Below, one piece after another: positions 28,468 through 45,300 of a DNA stretch of 64,000 nucleotides (the stretch's first letter is position 1; each line of letters starts with the position of its first letter). A program made the translations under genes and the position numbers. The notes beneath the pieces are model-generated. The model was not told where the DNA came from and did not search any database. It worked only from the letters and a program-made list of their open reading frames with translations. Where the stretch lies: assembly GCF_009914755.1 (NCBI RefSeq), contig NC_060931.1; one strand, written 5' to 3'. The stretch comes from the human T2T-CHM13v2.0 reference genome, Homo sapiens.

Positions 28468-29564
28468 ACTGTACTTAAAAAACAAACATGGCACTGACAT
28501 ACCTAACTGAAAATCGAATATGCTTGGATCGGGTCATTATGACTGAGCCAACTTGCTTGGTAAATCTTCAAAGTCAATGATAAGACAAGGCCTAGTTAAA
28601 AATTATTCCTTAACATGCTACATTGACAAAATACATGTAGTCAGATTTATGTAGGTTTTAACAATGTTAAATGTAATAGCTGCTATTGCTTTTACCTCAA
28701 TTTCCTACTAGTTTCTTTCTGGGAAAACTGGGTATTCCAAGTCAATAGCGTGCCACTCACAGAGCTGTAGCTCAGTTTGGGAAAGCAGCTGCAGACTGTC
28801 AGCCTGTTAATTGGGGATGAAAAAAGCATTGTCATCATCATTCTGGAAGATTATTCAAGGATCAGACATAAAGTTCTTTCTTTAAAGTCAAACAAAACTA
28901 AATTAATTTAGAAAAAAAACTCATGATATTGAGCTACCACACAGAACCCACAGGCTGATGCCAAATGCCACATTAGGGCATAATGGGAATCCCTAGTCTC
29001 TGATGTTGACCAGATGTAAATTTCAAACCGCTTACTAGTTCTATTAATAGTAACACTCTGAAAAAAAAATGCTTACGTTTTCTGATCCTTTGTTTACTCA
29101 TGTTTTCAACTGAACTAATTATATCTTTTGAGGATATTTATTTGCTCAATGAACCATTTATTGAGACTTATAGCTATGGTTGTTGTAAAGATTAAATAAA
29201 ATGATATGAAGCAAGTAGCAGGCACTCGAAAACCATAACTATTTTCCCTTCCTTTTCTTGAAAATTAGCACTTACCACCAGCCTGTAATTTATTATATAC
29301 TAGAATTTCCCAGAATGAAAGGCAGAGAAAAGTGAAGTCGCAGATAAAATTACTTAAAGTGTGTCACAGTATTTTTTGAAGCAACAGCATTATCATTGCA
29401 GCCTATATGTCCATGCCATATTTATTGAGCATCTACTATATGCTAGACACTGTAATAAGCATAAGAATATAAAGAATAAATAAAGTCTATACACCCAAGG
29501 TGATTCAACTTAAAGATGAAGCATTACTATGGAAGCAACTCATATGAATTAAATCCCAGGGAAA

Positions 29565-29760
29565 ATAATAATTTATTGTTTTATATAGTAATTTATATAA
29601 TTTATTTACATAATTTACTAATTATATAATTGCATAATCAATTATATTTTATAAAATACAATCTAATATATAAAGATATAAAGATTTTATATAATTAACA
29701 TAAAACATGACAAATGCATATTATATATTTTATATAATTACAATATAATTATTTAATAAC
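29565..29760. repeat. AT-rich low-complexity tract
   Basis: Almost entirely A/T, degenerate (TATAAT)-like units. Confidence 0.75.
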
Positions 29761-30587
29761 TGCATGTATTTGAAAAAAACACTACAGAAGACATAATGTT
29801 GAAAAGCATCATTCTTCCTCTGTACCTCAGTACTATTTTCTAGAAATAGAATTCTATCAAGTTTTTAATATTTTTAATTATGCTAGTGATAACCTTGAAT
29901 TATCAGTTTGAACAGTTAGCTCCTGCCCACTTGATTATTTGAGCTCATTCTTGCCATCATGTTCTTCTACATATTCTCCTTTAAATGTTGTTTTTTCTAG
30001 GATTATTTATATTACTATTACAATAGTAATTTTAAGTAACTGATTTAAATCTCTGCTCTTGTTCAATTAACTTTCAACAATATCCCTTGCCTCCTATTTT
30101 TTAACAACTTATTTTTCCCTCCAACTTTCCCGCCAGTTTCCACTGTCATGCCCCATCCTTGGTGAGCTCTTATTCCATGACATCAGTGTTAATACATGAA
30201 TCTCTTTTGCAATTCCAACCAAGTCTTACAAGATTTGTTCACTCTAAAGGTTGGAAATAAATAAACAGGATCAGTGAATTATGTGACTATAAAAATATTG
30301 TTGACTGCTGGCCAAAAAATATACAAGGATTATATTTCTTTTCCTGTGTCCCAATGTCAGGAACCCTGGACTATACAAATAAAATGTTACTAACACTATT
30401 TTTTAAGACACAAACTCCACTCTTTAAAATCATGCCACATTTTAGTTTGCTTCATATTTGGAGTATAATTTACTTGTGCAGCTTTTAGAAGTTTGTTCCC
30501 CTGGTGTTTTAGATTCTTTGTTGTGTACTATTTGCCTTTATTATAACCTCATTTTTTTTTCGTATTTTTCAGTTGTGTCATGATTTC

Positions 30588-30938
30588 CAATGGTTCTCAA
30601 AGTGTGGCCTGCAAAATCTTGTGGTTCTCCAATACCCCTTAGGGGACTTGAAAGACAAAATTATTTTTCATTATAATAATTTACTGTGTGCAAAAGCAAT
30701 GGGGGGTATAACTGGTAATAACCCGTACTAGGCATCTGTCATGACTGCACACTGGCAGTTGGGGAGAAAAAGAAAAAGCTGAATGTCCTTGCTGAAGCAG
30801 TTAAAAATGTTAAATTTATTCAGTCTCAATCCCTGAGTGCACATCTTTTTAATATTCTGTGTGATAGATTGAAGGAGTGCTTACAAAGCACTGCTGTTAC
30901 ACACGGAAGTATCCTGGATGCCTCTTGAGAAAAATACC
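30588..30938 (+). mobile_element. hAT Charlie1-type DNA transposon fossil (left end plus transposase fragment)
   Basis: 'caatggttctcaaagtgtgg' terminus. 30785-30935 translates to a decayed hAT transposase-like motif (VLAEAVKNVKFIQSQSLSAHLFNILCD...KALLLHTEV). Confidence 0.75.
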
Positions 30939-30939
30939 T

Positions 30940-31985
30940 TGTGGTGGAATGGCTAAATCACATAGTAAGTGTACATTTACCTTTTTAAGAATTGCAAACT
31001 TCTGTTCAAAGTAGTCATCCTATTTTACAATTCTACTCACAGTGTTCCAGTTCCCCTACGTCCTTCGCAATACTTGGTAATAGTTTTCTTAAATTTAGTC
31101 TTTCAAATATGTGTGTAGTGATATTGTGGTCTTATTTCACATTTTCCTAATGAATAACATTCAACATCTTTTTGTTTGCTTATTTGCCATCTTTATAACT
31201 TCTTTGGTGAATTAGTTGTTCGAATCTTTTACCTATCTTTTTATTTTTTTTTAGTTGTTTTTGTTTTGTTTTAATGGAGTTTTAAGAGTTCTTTATATAT
31301 TTTTATTAATATCCTGTATTAGACATATCATTTGAATTTATTTTCTCCCAGTCTGTGGCTTGTCTTTACATTCTCTTAACATTGTATGCTGACACACAGA
31401 TGTTTTAAATTTTGATGCAATACAGCTTATCAGCTTTTTATGAATTGTGCTCTTTTTTTCTTATATGAAAAAGTCTTTGTCTAGCCCATGGAAATAAATG
31501 TTTCCCCTATTACAAGAAGTCTTATTTTTTTTTTATTTTCCGATAGATCTAAAAAATGTTTTAAGTTAATTTTTGTGTATAGTGTAAGGTATTGATCAAT
31601 ATTCATTTTTGTTTTGCATTTAAATAGCCAACTAGTTTGTCACCATATGATGAAAAGACTATTATTTCCCCATGAATTGCTTTTGAATCTTTATTGAAAA
31701 GCAGTTGCCCAGTTACAGTATGGGTTTGTTTCTAGACCATGTATTGTGTTTCATTCATGTAGTTTTCTTTCTTTAGACCAATATATGTTCTTGATTATGG
31801 TAGCTTTATAATGATTATTGAAATCAGGGAATGTTCTCAAACTTTGTTCTTCTTATTCAAAGTTGTTTTGGCTACTTCAGATCATTTGAATTTCAACCTG
31901 AATTTTAGAATTAGCATTACCAATTTCTACAAAAATATCTGTTAGGACTTTAATTGGGACTACACTAAATTTATAGATTAGTTGA
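30940..31985 (-). mobile_element. Old L1M ORF2 3' region, antisense
   Basis: 'tgcttatttgccatctttataacttctttggtgaa', 'ttttctcccagtctgtggcttgtct', 'ttgggactacactaaatttatagatta'. Confidence 0.85.
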
Positions 31986-31987
31986 AC

Positions 31988-32561
31988 TGGAAATTCCTGA
32001 ATGTCCAGGCAGAAGTTTGCTGCAGAGGTGGAGCCCTCATGGAGAACCTCTACGAGGGCAGTGCAGAAGGGAAATTTGGGGTAGGAGCACCCATATGGAG
32101 TCCCCACTGGGATAATGCCTAGTGAAGCTGTGAGAAGAGTGCGCTATGCTCTAGACCCCAGAATGGTAGATCCGCTGACAGCCTGCACCATGTGCCTGGA
32201 AAAGCCACAGGCACTCAATGCTAGACTGTGAAGGCAGCTGTGAGCACTGTACCCTGCAGAGACATGGGAGCAGAGCTGCCCAAGGCTTTGGGAGCCCACT
32301 CATGATAGTGAGTTCTAACATGATCTCGTTGTTTAAAATTATGTAGCACTTCCCCCTTTAATCTCTCCCTCTTCTGCTCCACTACGTGAAGATTATGATT
32401 GCTTCCTTTTTGCCTTCTGCCATGATTGTAAGTTTACTGAGCCATCCCAAGCAATGCCTCCAGTACAGCTTGTGGAAATGTGAGTCAATTAAACCTCTTT
32501 TCTCTATAAATTACCCAGTCTCAGGTATGTCTTTATAGCAGTGTGAGAATGGACAAATACA
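31988..32561 (+). mobile_element. MST-type MaLR internal fragment fused to the 3' part of an MST LTR
   Basis: Internal motif 'gtccaggcagaagtttgctgcagaggtggagccctcatggagaacctct...gctttgggagcccac', then LTR 'atgatagtgagttct...cagtgtgagaatggacaaataca'. Confidence 0.85.
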
Positions 32562-32569
32562 AAAGGGCT

Positions 32570-33130
32570 CAAGTTTCTACATCCTTACCAATTTCTACTT
32601 GTGCAATTTCTTTTTGAGAAAGTGATAATTGAAATATGTGACTATAATTGTGGATATTTTTACTCTTCTTACAATTCATTAAGTTTTTATTTCATGTATT
32701 TTTAAGCTCTGTTATTGGGTTATAAATATTTAGGAATGCTATGAGGTCTTAATATATATGCCCTTCATTGTTATGAACTAGAGTTCTTTATCAGAGAGTA
32801 TATTTTTTTCTCTGAAATCCACTTCTTCCAATATTAATATAACCATTGCAGCTTTCTTTTGATTAGTATTATCATTGTATATATCTTTCTATCACTTTAC
32901 TTTTTTATTTAATTGTGTCTTTATACTTGAAGTGTGTTTCTTACAGGAAGCATATAGATTGGTGTTGGTTTTATATCTAATCTGACAAGTTCTTCCTGAT
33001 CATTGTGATACATAGTGCATTTATATTAAATATGATTATTGATATGGTTAGGTTTAAGTCTATTGTCTTTCTATATGTGTTCTACTTGTTTTGTCTGTTC
33101 CTTATTATTTTCTTTTCTTCTTTTTCTATC
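32570..33130 (-). mobile_element. Old L1M fragment (ORF2 5' region), antisense
   Basis: 'actataattgtggata', 'gctctgttattgggt', 'cagctttcttttgattagt'. Confidence 0.7.
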
Positions 33131-33928
33131 TAGTTCTCTACTACTGGAGAATTCTTCCATGAATAAAGCACCCAAAAAAGTTAAAATTTTTGACATAGTT
33201 TTGCTTCTAGTGACTATTAGCAGAAGTTTATATTAACATCTTTGCAAAGACATTTAATCATCCTATATAATTATTAAAGGTTCTAATTAATTAATTCATA
33301 TATTTTGCAGTCTATTAAATTATCAGGATACAGGTATTGATATAGAAAATTGAAATGAACTTTTCTTTAACTCCTAACAAAAAATTTAAAGGCATGATTT
33401 TTATAACTCCTGCTGCAAACAAGTATTACATAAAATATATTTTATTGATTCAAATATTAAAATTCCAAGAAACTTTCAATGAACTGAAATACAATAGAGT
33501 ATGACTTTTACAGAACTCATTAATTTCTAAACATCAGCAGTAAGTGCAAACCTTTTTCAAAGCAAATTAGAGGAAGCTGAAAGAAATTCTGACATTATGC
33601 ACTTTGAAAACGGAGATGTTTGGATGACTTCAATGCTCACGGCTTAAGAGTTCTTAAAATAGGAAGGCCTGTTCTCTAGATTTCACTGAGGCAAAATTGG
33701 CATAGACCCTGGCCTGCCTGGAAAAACTCCATTGTGTTGATGTATAAAGCAGAGCTAAAGACCTGTCTCCTTGGCATAATGTGGCCGTATAGAGAAGAAC
33801 GCATATGGCTGTAGTTTAAATAGATTTTTCCTCAATTAATGTTCCTGCTGCTTTGAGGTTTAGGGATTTTTTTCCCCAAAACCTTGAAAATATTTACACA
33901 ACTTATGGCTAATAAATTTTTCTAAAAG

Positions 33929-34832
33929 TATTGGGGGAACCCATCCCTGATAATTCAATGTGAGTCCTTTTCTATTTTCCCTAAGTGTCAGCCGGTCTGA
34001 GAAATAAAGGGAAAGAGTACAAAAGAGAGAAATTTAAAAGCTGGGTGTCCGGGGGAAACATCACATGTCAGCAGGTTCCGTGATGCCCCCTCAGCCATAA
34101 AACCAGCAAGTTTTTATTAGCAATTTTCAAAGGGGAGGGAGTATGCGAATAGGGTGTGGGTCACAGAGAACACATGCTTCAAGGGTGACAAAAGATCACA
34201 AGGCAGAAGGTCAGGGAGAAACTAGAATCACCAATGAACTTCCATGTCTTGCTGTGCACGCATTGTCAGGGTTCAAGAGCAGAGAACCGGTCTGACTAGA
34301 ATTTGCCAGGCTGGAATTTCCTAATCCTAGCAAGCCTGGGGGCGCTGCAGGAGACTAGTGCATGTTTCATCCCTATCTACATCTGCATAAGGCAGACTCT
34401 CCCAGGGCAGCCATTTTAGAGGCCCCACCCTGGGAATGCATTCTTTTCCCAGGGCTGTTAATAATTAATATTCCTTACTGGGGAAAGAATTCAGTGATAT
34501 ATCTCTTATTTCATATTGTTTAAGCAATTTGTGCAGTTAACACAATCATCACAGGGTCCTGAGGTGACATACATCCTCAGCTTATGAAGATGACGGGATT
34601 AAGAGATTAAAGATAGGCATAGGAAATCACAAGAGTATTGATTGGGGAAGTGATAAATGTCCATGAAATCTTCATAATTTATGTTCAGAGACTGCAGTAA
34701 AGACAGGCGTAGGAAATTATAAAAGTATTAATTTGGGGAACTAATAAATGTCCGTGAAATCTTCACAATTTATGTTCTTCTGTCATGGTTTCATCCAGTC
34801 CCTCCATTCGGGGTCCCTGACTTCCCACAACA
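33929..34832 (-). mobile_element. MER11 (HERV-K/HML-8) solo LTR
   Basis: Reverse complement starts 'tgttgtgggaagtcagggaccc'; perfect 6-bp TSD taaaag at 33923-33928 and 34833-34838; internal repeat 'taaatgtcc(a/g)tgaaatcttca' twice. Confidence 0.9.
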
Positions 34833-34864
34833 TAAAAGACTTAGGCCCAAGAAAATAAAGAAGA

Positions 34865-35201
<337 letters not shown>

Positions 35202-36656
35202 TCATTGCTGGTATCATGGGGCCTGGCCCAAATTGTTACAAAGAGGAAGCTGTCAGAAAGCATTTTAACATAAATAAATGTGAAATTATGCCACCTTTCC
35301 TTCAGAAGAGAAAATTGTGCCATGGCATTTTCTCTTAGTGACTTTTTCTGACTGCAAGGTTGCCATTCAGTATAGAAAACATTGAACCACACCATAAAAG
35401 TTATGGTCATTATCTGGGTTAGGAAGAGGAAACTCATCTTATCATCCCCAACAAGAATTTGCAATAGTGTTGTGGAAACACAACATAAAAAGATGACTCA
35501 CGATAAAATGAAATAGTAGACTCCATAAGAGCTACAGAAATTGAGAAGAGTGAGCATTTAGGGACGTATCAGGTAGAAAGTAGGATGCAGGTTGTTGACA
35601 TTTGTGTCAGAAAGAGAATGAGAATACAATACTTTAATTGGGAGTGTGGGTCATACAATCCCGGAGGCAAGCTCTGTGAACAAATCGGTAGTTTTAATTT
35701 GCTGGATCTATGCAGGTTCTTTTCTGCAGTGAGTGAGTAATCTGAAGAGGTATTTGACAGTTACATTAGAAAAAAGCATGGAAAAATGGTGTAAGAAAAT
35801 TATTCTAGCAGTGTTTCACAGGATTGATTGGAAAGATTAGAAAGTGGAAGCAGAGTGACAATTAGCAGGCATCAGCAATACCCTCAGGTGTGAGGCGATC
35901 AGTACCTGGTGGTGATGAAGGGAATTCAATAAAAAGAATGCATAAAAGAGTGATTAAAATGTAAGACTGGATATGGAGACAGAGAACAGTTGAAGTAATT
36001 ATTCCAAGAGTTAAAGACCACTTTTCTTTAAGAATGAGTTCACATATCTTTGGAATTGGAAAATATGCATTTTGGAAAATAATGGTAAACTCAGTTTTAG
36101 AAACGTTGTGTTTTGAGGTGAAAGGTCAATGGGAATAATTTTGTAGCAAGTTGTGTAACATCCAAGTCAGACATTTAAATATAATGCAGTGATAATGTTA
36201 AACATTAGACTATATAGAATTGACAAATAAAATTACAAAAGTAGGGTTAAGTATAGTGTAAATTGTGTGAGATAAGTACAGACCCACATTTAAGTGGGGA
36301 GGGATGAAGCAGATTTGATGGGGAATAGGTCAGAGAGATTGAAAAACTAAAATACTTTAGTGTAATGTAAATAATGTTTTAAGGTTGGATTAACACAGTC
36401 CATGTTTTAATGTATAGTCTTATAATAGATGCCTAAGATTAAAATCTTTAAGGATTTTATGTTCCTTTCTTATTGCTCTCAGATACATTATAATTTCCTT
36501 GAGGCTTATTACAGCTTAGACTTCATATTGCTATACATTTAGCTCTCTTTTGACAGATTTATAAATGGCATTAAGGAAATGTTAATTAGAAAATTCAAAA
36601 GAGAAGAGAATTGTTTTCTTACCAAAATGTTATTTTCTCGTGGAGGCCAACTGTGT

Positions 36657-36702
<46 letters not shown>

Positions 36703-36716
36703 ACACACACACACAG
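36657..36716. repeat. (CA)n microsatellite
   Basis: Directly visible. Confidence 0.97.
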
Positions 36717-36819
36717 AGAGTTTACTATTGATTAGCTTGTAATCTAATAAAAAAGTGAGAAAGGGCTATAAACAGATACAATGTAGTATCTTAAATACCT
36801 AAGTACAATAGGAACATGG

Positions 36820-36905
36820 AACTACATTTGCTTTATTCACTGTTGTGTACAAAGTATATAGCATAGTACTTGGGCCAGAGTAGGTGGTCAATAAATGTTT
36901 GACTC
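36820..36905 (+). mobile_element. L2 3' terminus
   Basis: 'ttattcactgttgtgtac...tagcatagtacttgg...gtaggtggtcaataaatgtttg'. Confidence 0.65.
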
Positions 36906-37029
36906 TAAATAAACCTTTGAGTGTTTTAGAATTGTACCTTCAATAACAGTAGACAACTTTGTTGCAGAGGAATTCTCCCATGGTTTAAAAAAATAGGTAA
37001 CATGAAAAAATTATACTTAAAAACTCTAT

Positions 37030-37952
37030 TTGATCATTAGGGAATTAAAAATTAAAATGACAATAAGATATGACTACACATCTCTTAGAGTGACCAAATT
37101 TCAAAACACTGACAAATACCAAATGCTAGTGAAGATGTGAAAAATAGGAACTTTCCTTAATTGCTGGTGAGAATGCAAAATGCTCCAACTACTTTGGAAA
37201 AAAAGTTTGTCAGTTTTTTACAAAACTAAACATACTCTTACTATATGATCCAGAAATTGTCTTCCTTGGTATTTATTCAAATGAATTAAAAACTTTAGTC
37301 TGCACAAAACTTGCATACAGATGTTTATAGTAGCTTTGTTTATAATCACCAAAAACTGGAAGCAACCAATATGTCCTTCAGCATATGAATGGGTAAATAA
37401 ATTGTGGTACGCCCAGAAAATAGAATATTTTTCAGTGCTAAAAAGAAATGAGCTACCAAGCCATGAAAAGGTGAGGAAAAACCTTAAATGAGTAGTGCTA
37501 AGTTGAAGGAATCCAATATAAAAAGTTTAAATATTATATTATTCCAACTACAAAAAAAATGTGGAAAGGCAAAACTTTGTTGGCAGTAAAAATATTGATG
37601 ATTTTTGGGTTTATAGTGGGGAAGGAATCAAAGGATGGAACACAGAGGATTTCTGAGACAGTGAAAATTCTCTACAGCATACTATAATGGTAGGTACACG
37701 TCATTAATGTATTTGCCCAAATCCACAGCATTTAAAACAGAGAGTGATGTACTCTTATGTAAAGTATAGATTTTTGATGACAATGTGTCAATGTAGGTTC
37801 ATTGATTGTAACAAATGTGCCATTCTGATGCAGATATTGATAGTGAGAGAGATGTTGGGGTGAAAGAGCAGAGGGTATAAGGGGATTTTATGTACTTTTC
37901 ATTTAGTTTCACTGTGAAACTAAACCTGGTCTAAAAATAGTCTATTAAAAAA
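37030..37952 (+). mobile_element. L1MC-like 3' end
   Basis: ORF2 end and 3' UTR: 'tgtgtcaatgtaggttcattgattgtaacaaatgtgcc...ctaaaaatagtctattaaaa'. Confidence 0.8.
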
Positions 37953-37959
37953 TAGGTTA

Positions 37960-39997
<2,038 letters not shown>

Positions 39998-42013
39998 GCA
40001 CCCCTGTTTTAAGATATCAGAGAGCAAACAGCATAGGTAGGACTTGATAAGCCAAGGTCCTCAGGAGAAGAAAAGTGAAAATAAGTCATCCTGACATTTA
40101 GTGATAATTCCAGGCATCAACTAAGAGGCTAAATGACTGGACTGAGAGAAAATAGTTGACAGAACTTGAAGCTCAGTATAACTTTCAGCAATGTGTTGGA
40201 GCTCAAGGTGAGTGCAGGATATGGGGCAAAAATTAAAGTTCTTGTCTCCAATAATGAAGAGAAACCCAAAGAGTTGCAAGAATAAGGAAGAATTAGAAAT
40301 AGATCATCCCTACAATAGATTAAAACTCAGCTTCAGATTACTTCATTCCTAATTGAATTAAGGCTATATGCCGTACCCTAAAAGAATTTCAGAAGGAAAC
40401 AAATCCTTTCTGGAGAAAGACAAAATCATCCAGATCTCCAGTGCTAATGAATGTCTTTGTCAAGGTAATGAGACCAAAGATGGGGCCCAAAATAATAGAC
40501 TTAAAGCGAAGTTAACTGAACTATCTACCGTCAGTTTCAGTGTTAAAATAGAGAATAAAGCAGAAGGAAGAGGCAAATTTGACTTCAAATTCTACCTCGG
40601 GCATCTAGGAGGATGGCAGTGGTATAAATTGAGTAGGACATAACACAGGAGGAGTGGGTCTAGGAAATGAAAGAGCTAATAAGCTTGGATGGGGATTTAT
40701 TACACTTTGAAGTATCTGTGGATTTATTCCAGGTGGAGATGTGTCCTATTACAGGAAAAGCGTCTAGGAAAACAATATTTTTTATATGTCTGGACCTGAC
40801 TGTTTGCATTTGCCATCACTGGCAGCCTGGATATGCATGATGTGAACGCTTTGCCACCTGTTACTGTTCATCTGAAATAGCTATGTGGTGAAAGTCTAAA
40901 ACATACAAATTGTCATATTGGTAATGAGCTCTTCTAAGTGCATAAAGGAAAAGCAAATTTATAAAAGAGAAGTGGAAGTATTACTTTACATATTTGAAGT
41001 AAAATTCATAAAACTCGTACTCCATTTGTTGAATCTCAGTATGGTTTTCCCACTCAACTGGAAACGTGATGCTACTGAAACATCAGTATAGGCTGGAAAT
41101 ATATTGTCTCCTTTAGTTTGCAACTTTACAGAAGACATTCCTCTCTCAATTCCGGCCTATATATAATGATTTAATAATATTTGAAAACTGTGGATAACTA
41201 AACAGATTTACATTTTTAATTGCTTGCAAGCTTTAATATGATTTATAATTACATGAATATGCTAAATTCTATGTGATCTTTTCTCTTTCTCTCTCTTGGC
41301 ATATTTACATAAAAATCCCTTTCCAATAAATGGTAATTATTTTCATGGTGAAAAATGAGTCTATAAATCACTCCTAGGCTATATGAAGAACAAATATTTA
41401 GTGAAAAATGATTAAGCCATTCATAAATTTGTTATCCAAAGGAAAATAATGCATTTTTACATTCAACACAAGCATATATCTTATAAATATATTATTTTCT
41501 TGATTATAGTAAAGAAAGTAGGGTAGAGATCTAAAAGTAGTGTTTATTTTCAATGAATAAGAAATGGGGATGGGGGACTACAAACACTTTAACTGCAGGA
41601 AAAGTTTCCACCTTGATTTTGATAGAAAAGCCAAATGGTTAGTTTGGATAATAATTACTATTATTATTTATTGAAACTTTCAGAAAGGTGGTGAAAGAGT
41701 ATAAGAGCCAATCCTGCTAACTGTTTCAGAACCTCAGTTCAGCTATTTAGATTTTATCCCCTCCTGGTGTCTTTCCCTTAGACAGCTTTCTAGTGCAGAG
41801 GAGAACCTGTACCATCCTGCAGAGGCTCTGTATAAGCAGAACCTGAAAGAATAGGTGCAGGCTTGTTAATTGCGGTCAAGGAAGGCATTCCAAGCAAAAG
41901 GAGGAATGAATTCTGCCAGATAAGTGTTCAAGATAAGCTACAAAGCTACAAAAACAAACAAATGAAACTTGGAGCATTTGCTACAATGTTAGCAGAAGAA
42001 AAAAAAATATTGT

Positions 42014-42365
<352 letters not shown>

Positions 42366-45300
42366 CTACAATGTCTGGGGTTTCTGGGAGTGGCTGGAAA
42401 TACGCTAGGAAGATTCCTTAACATTTTCTGTATAATAATTTAATGAAATAAGTTAAAATCATTTTCCTGCAAAAATATATGAAGACATATAAGGGCTGTA
42501 GCTATAATCAAACAGACTGATATATCCTGGATTATTAAAATTACTTCTCTACATGTTTCATGTAAAACCTACTGTTGGGAAATATACATTTGATTATATT
42601 TTGAATTATAAAAATATTTTCGAATCCTTAATATGGGGCCATAATATTCATTTACCGTATATGAGTATTTTGTTAAATGTCATTTTGATTGTGAAAGAGA
42701 CTCTTAGTTGAAAATTTCTGTAATAGTACTTGCCAAGTAAGGCTAAAAATACTTGTCATTATACCCAATTTCCTAGAGCTGGATTTATAGACATTTTAGA
42801 GAAAAAGCTACTAATAACAGCAAAATGTAATTCATTGACTAACAAAGTAATAGTAATTTAAATATAATATCATAGAAGCAGGAGTGAAGAGCAAACACTT
42901 TTCCTAAACAAGGGCAAAGGTTGCATCAAGACCAAAGTAAAGTATATTATAAATTTTTTGCAGAAAGGCAGGGGTAAGATACAGAAAAATAATAAATTAT
43001 GCTTCATGTAAAAATATAAACCAAAAATATAGCAGACAAAATCATGTTTTTATAAAGTACTATTTTAATTGGTCTTGTAAAGCCACTAAGTCAAAACCAT
43101 AAAGTGCAAGAGTTATGTCTTTAGTTTGTTCATATTCTTTGTGCAAATCACCTACCCCTCCTTTTGTGTCATGCTTCCCCTACTTAGGAACACAAGTAAT
43201 TTATATTCTCATTTTTCATTTCCCGTTGTAGGGGGAAAAGTTATCACCCTAAATAGATTTTTGTGGTAATCTCCTATAAAAAAAATGTGTTTCCAAAAGT
43301 CAGAACTCAAAGCAATAGTTTAAGAACAGAACAATATTAAAAACTAAAGGAGATTAGGGAGCCAGTCTTCCTTGGTCCCTCCAATTTCAACCTTTGTGCC
43401 AACCTCAGAGATTTGCTCACAACTGACTTGTGATTATCAATAGACCCTTGCTCCTTCAGCTGCATCAGATGCTTGGGGGCAGAGAATATACACACAGATA
43501 CCGACATTTTGAATGAAAGATAAAATAATTGCAATTTCCTATCAAGGTTTTTTTTTTAACTAAGGATCTTTAAAATGAATTCAAAACACAAAGTTAAAAA
43601 AATTTTCTATTAAGAGGCATAAAGGAAGAAATAACCTTTATTGCTGTTGACAGAAGACGACTCCCTAATCATATTTTTGATAGACCATACATATGTAAAG
43701 CTTACTTCAATCTAATGTGTAGGTGTTCTGGAGCTCTCCCTTTGACACAGGAGTTCTGTAATATTAACCGTCCCAGGATTATGCAAAAGAGCAGCATCCT
43801 GCCATTGTGCTTTTAGCAATAATAGGCCCTGTTTCCTTACCTTTTGAGTATGTTCTTATTTTGTTATAATATTTTATTCTTCCTTTTCCTTGACTGGCTG
43901 CATAAGATCTATATGGTGTATGATGTTTTTCTGAACACGGAAACTTTTTCTTCATTTGTGTAAAATATCACAAGCTACCGACTGTTTACAAGGAGATTAG
44001 GAGGAGCAGTCCCAGGCAAATGGTGTGGGTTACAGTAGAAACTCTTAAACTTTTCTCTCTTGATAAGTTCTTTCCAGTCTCATGTCATATGATGTAGACA
44101 GATGTCGTGTTTTATTAGGAGCTAAAAATGGGAGAAGACTATAAATACTGTGAAGGATATGTAGAAGCTCCTTATGACTATGTAAGTCTAATAAAAAGGA
44201 AAAAGCTACACCTTTGAGATGAGATTTAGGCATCGTATTATCTCCTCGGGTGCAGAAAAGTGGTAAATTATATTATAAACCAGATTAGTTTTTGTCTTTT
44301 TTTAAAGCTACTCCAAGACATTAAAAGGCATTGATTGTTGAAAGTAAGTGCCTGGAGCATCTTTCAGAGATGCTCCAGAATCCTGCACTCAGGTGAAAGC
44401 CTGGATAAACCCATTGACACCTACAGTGGATTGAACCTGTGAAAGTAGGACCATGGAGTGTCTGATCTAAACTTCTAGCAAGAATTTTTTTTTTATAAAA
44501 ATCAATTTTATTTATTAATGAACAACGATAGATAATACAAGTTAATAACAAAATTTGGTTAAGCAATGGACAGAGCAAGTCATTGAACTCCCTAGAAAGA
44601 TGATCATGTAACAAGATCTAGGTAAGAGAATAGTCCTATGCAAAAGCAAGAGTAATCATTCATCAGTCAATGTTGGGTACAATTCAACATTGGTTGTCCT
44701 ATGCAGTTTTGTTGAATTGCATAGTTTATAGTCATGTTACTTAAAAATATGTAGTTACGTGATTTGCTACTCAGTCACTCACTACAAATAGACAACATAG
44801 ATTAATTTTTGCCATTAAAAGTTAAATTGCAGGCAAAAGAATTTACAATCTCATAATTTCATTATGGTCTCAATATACCATATGTTCTAATTGTTTAATT
44901 TGTGAAATTAGTAATACTGTCAGTTCTCCTTGAAACCCAGGATCCATTTGTAGGATGAGAACAGTAGGATAATTTGCAAGATGCTGGCTAGCATTTATCA
45001 GCATAGAACAACACTAGAGAAACTATTAGAGATAATTTAGGAAGAAATGGAAAGATATTTTGGACCCTACATTTAAGCATCAAGAGATCTAGAATCGTAG
45101 ATGTTTCATGATTTGAAAATATTTCTAGTCTACATCATTTTCCCTTAAACAATATTATGGTCCTCTCTTTTTTCTTCTCTACTGAACAAGGGTAGCCAGT
45201 GTTGATTTGTGCTCACTTATTTTCTTAAAATATTTCAGACCATTTTCAACTTAATATGTGGGCTTGGATAATGTCCGATTCACTTGACTCGGAGAGAATC

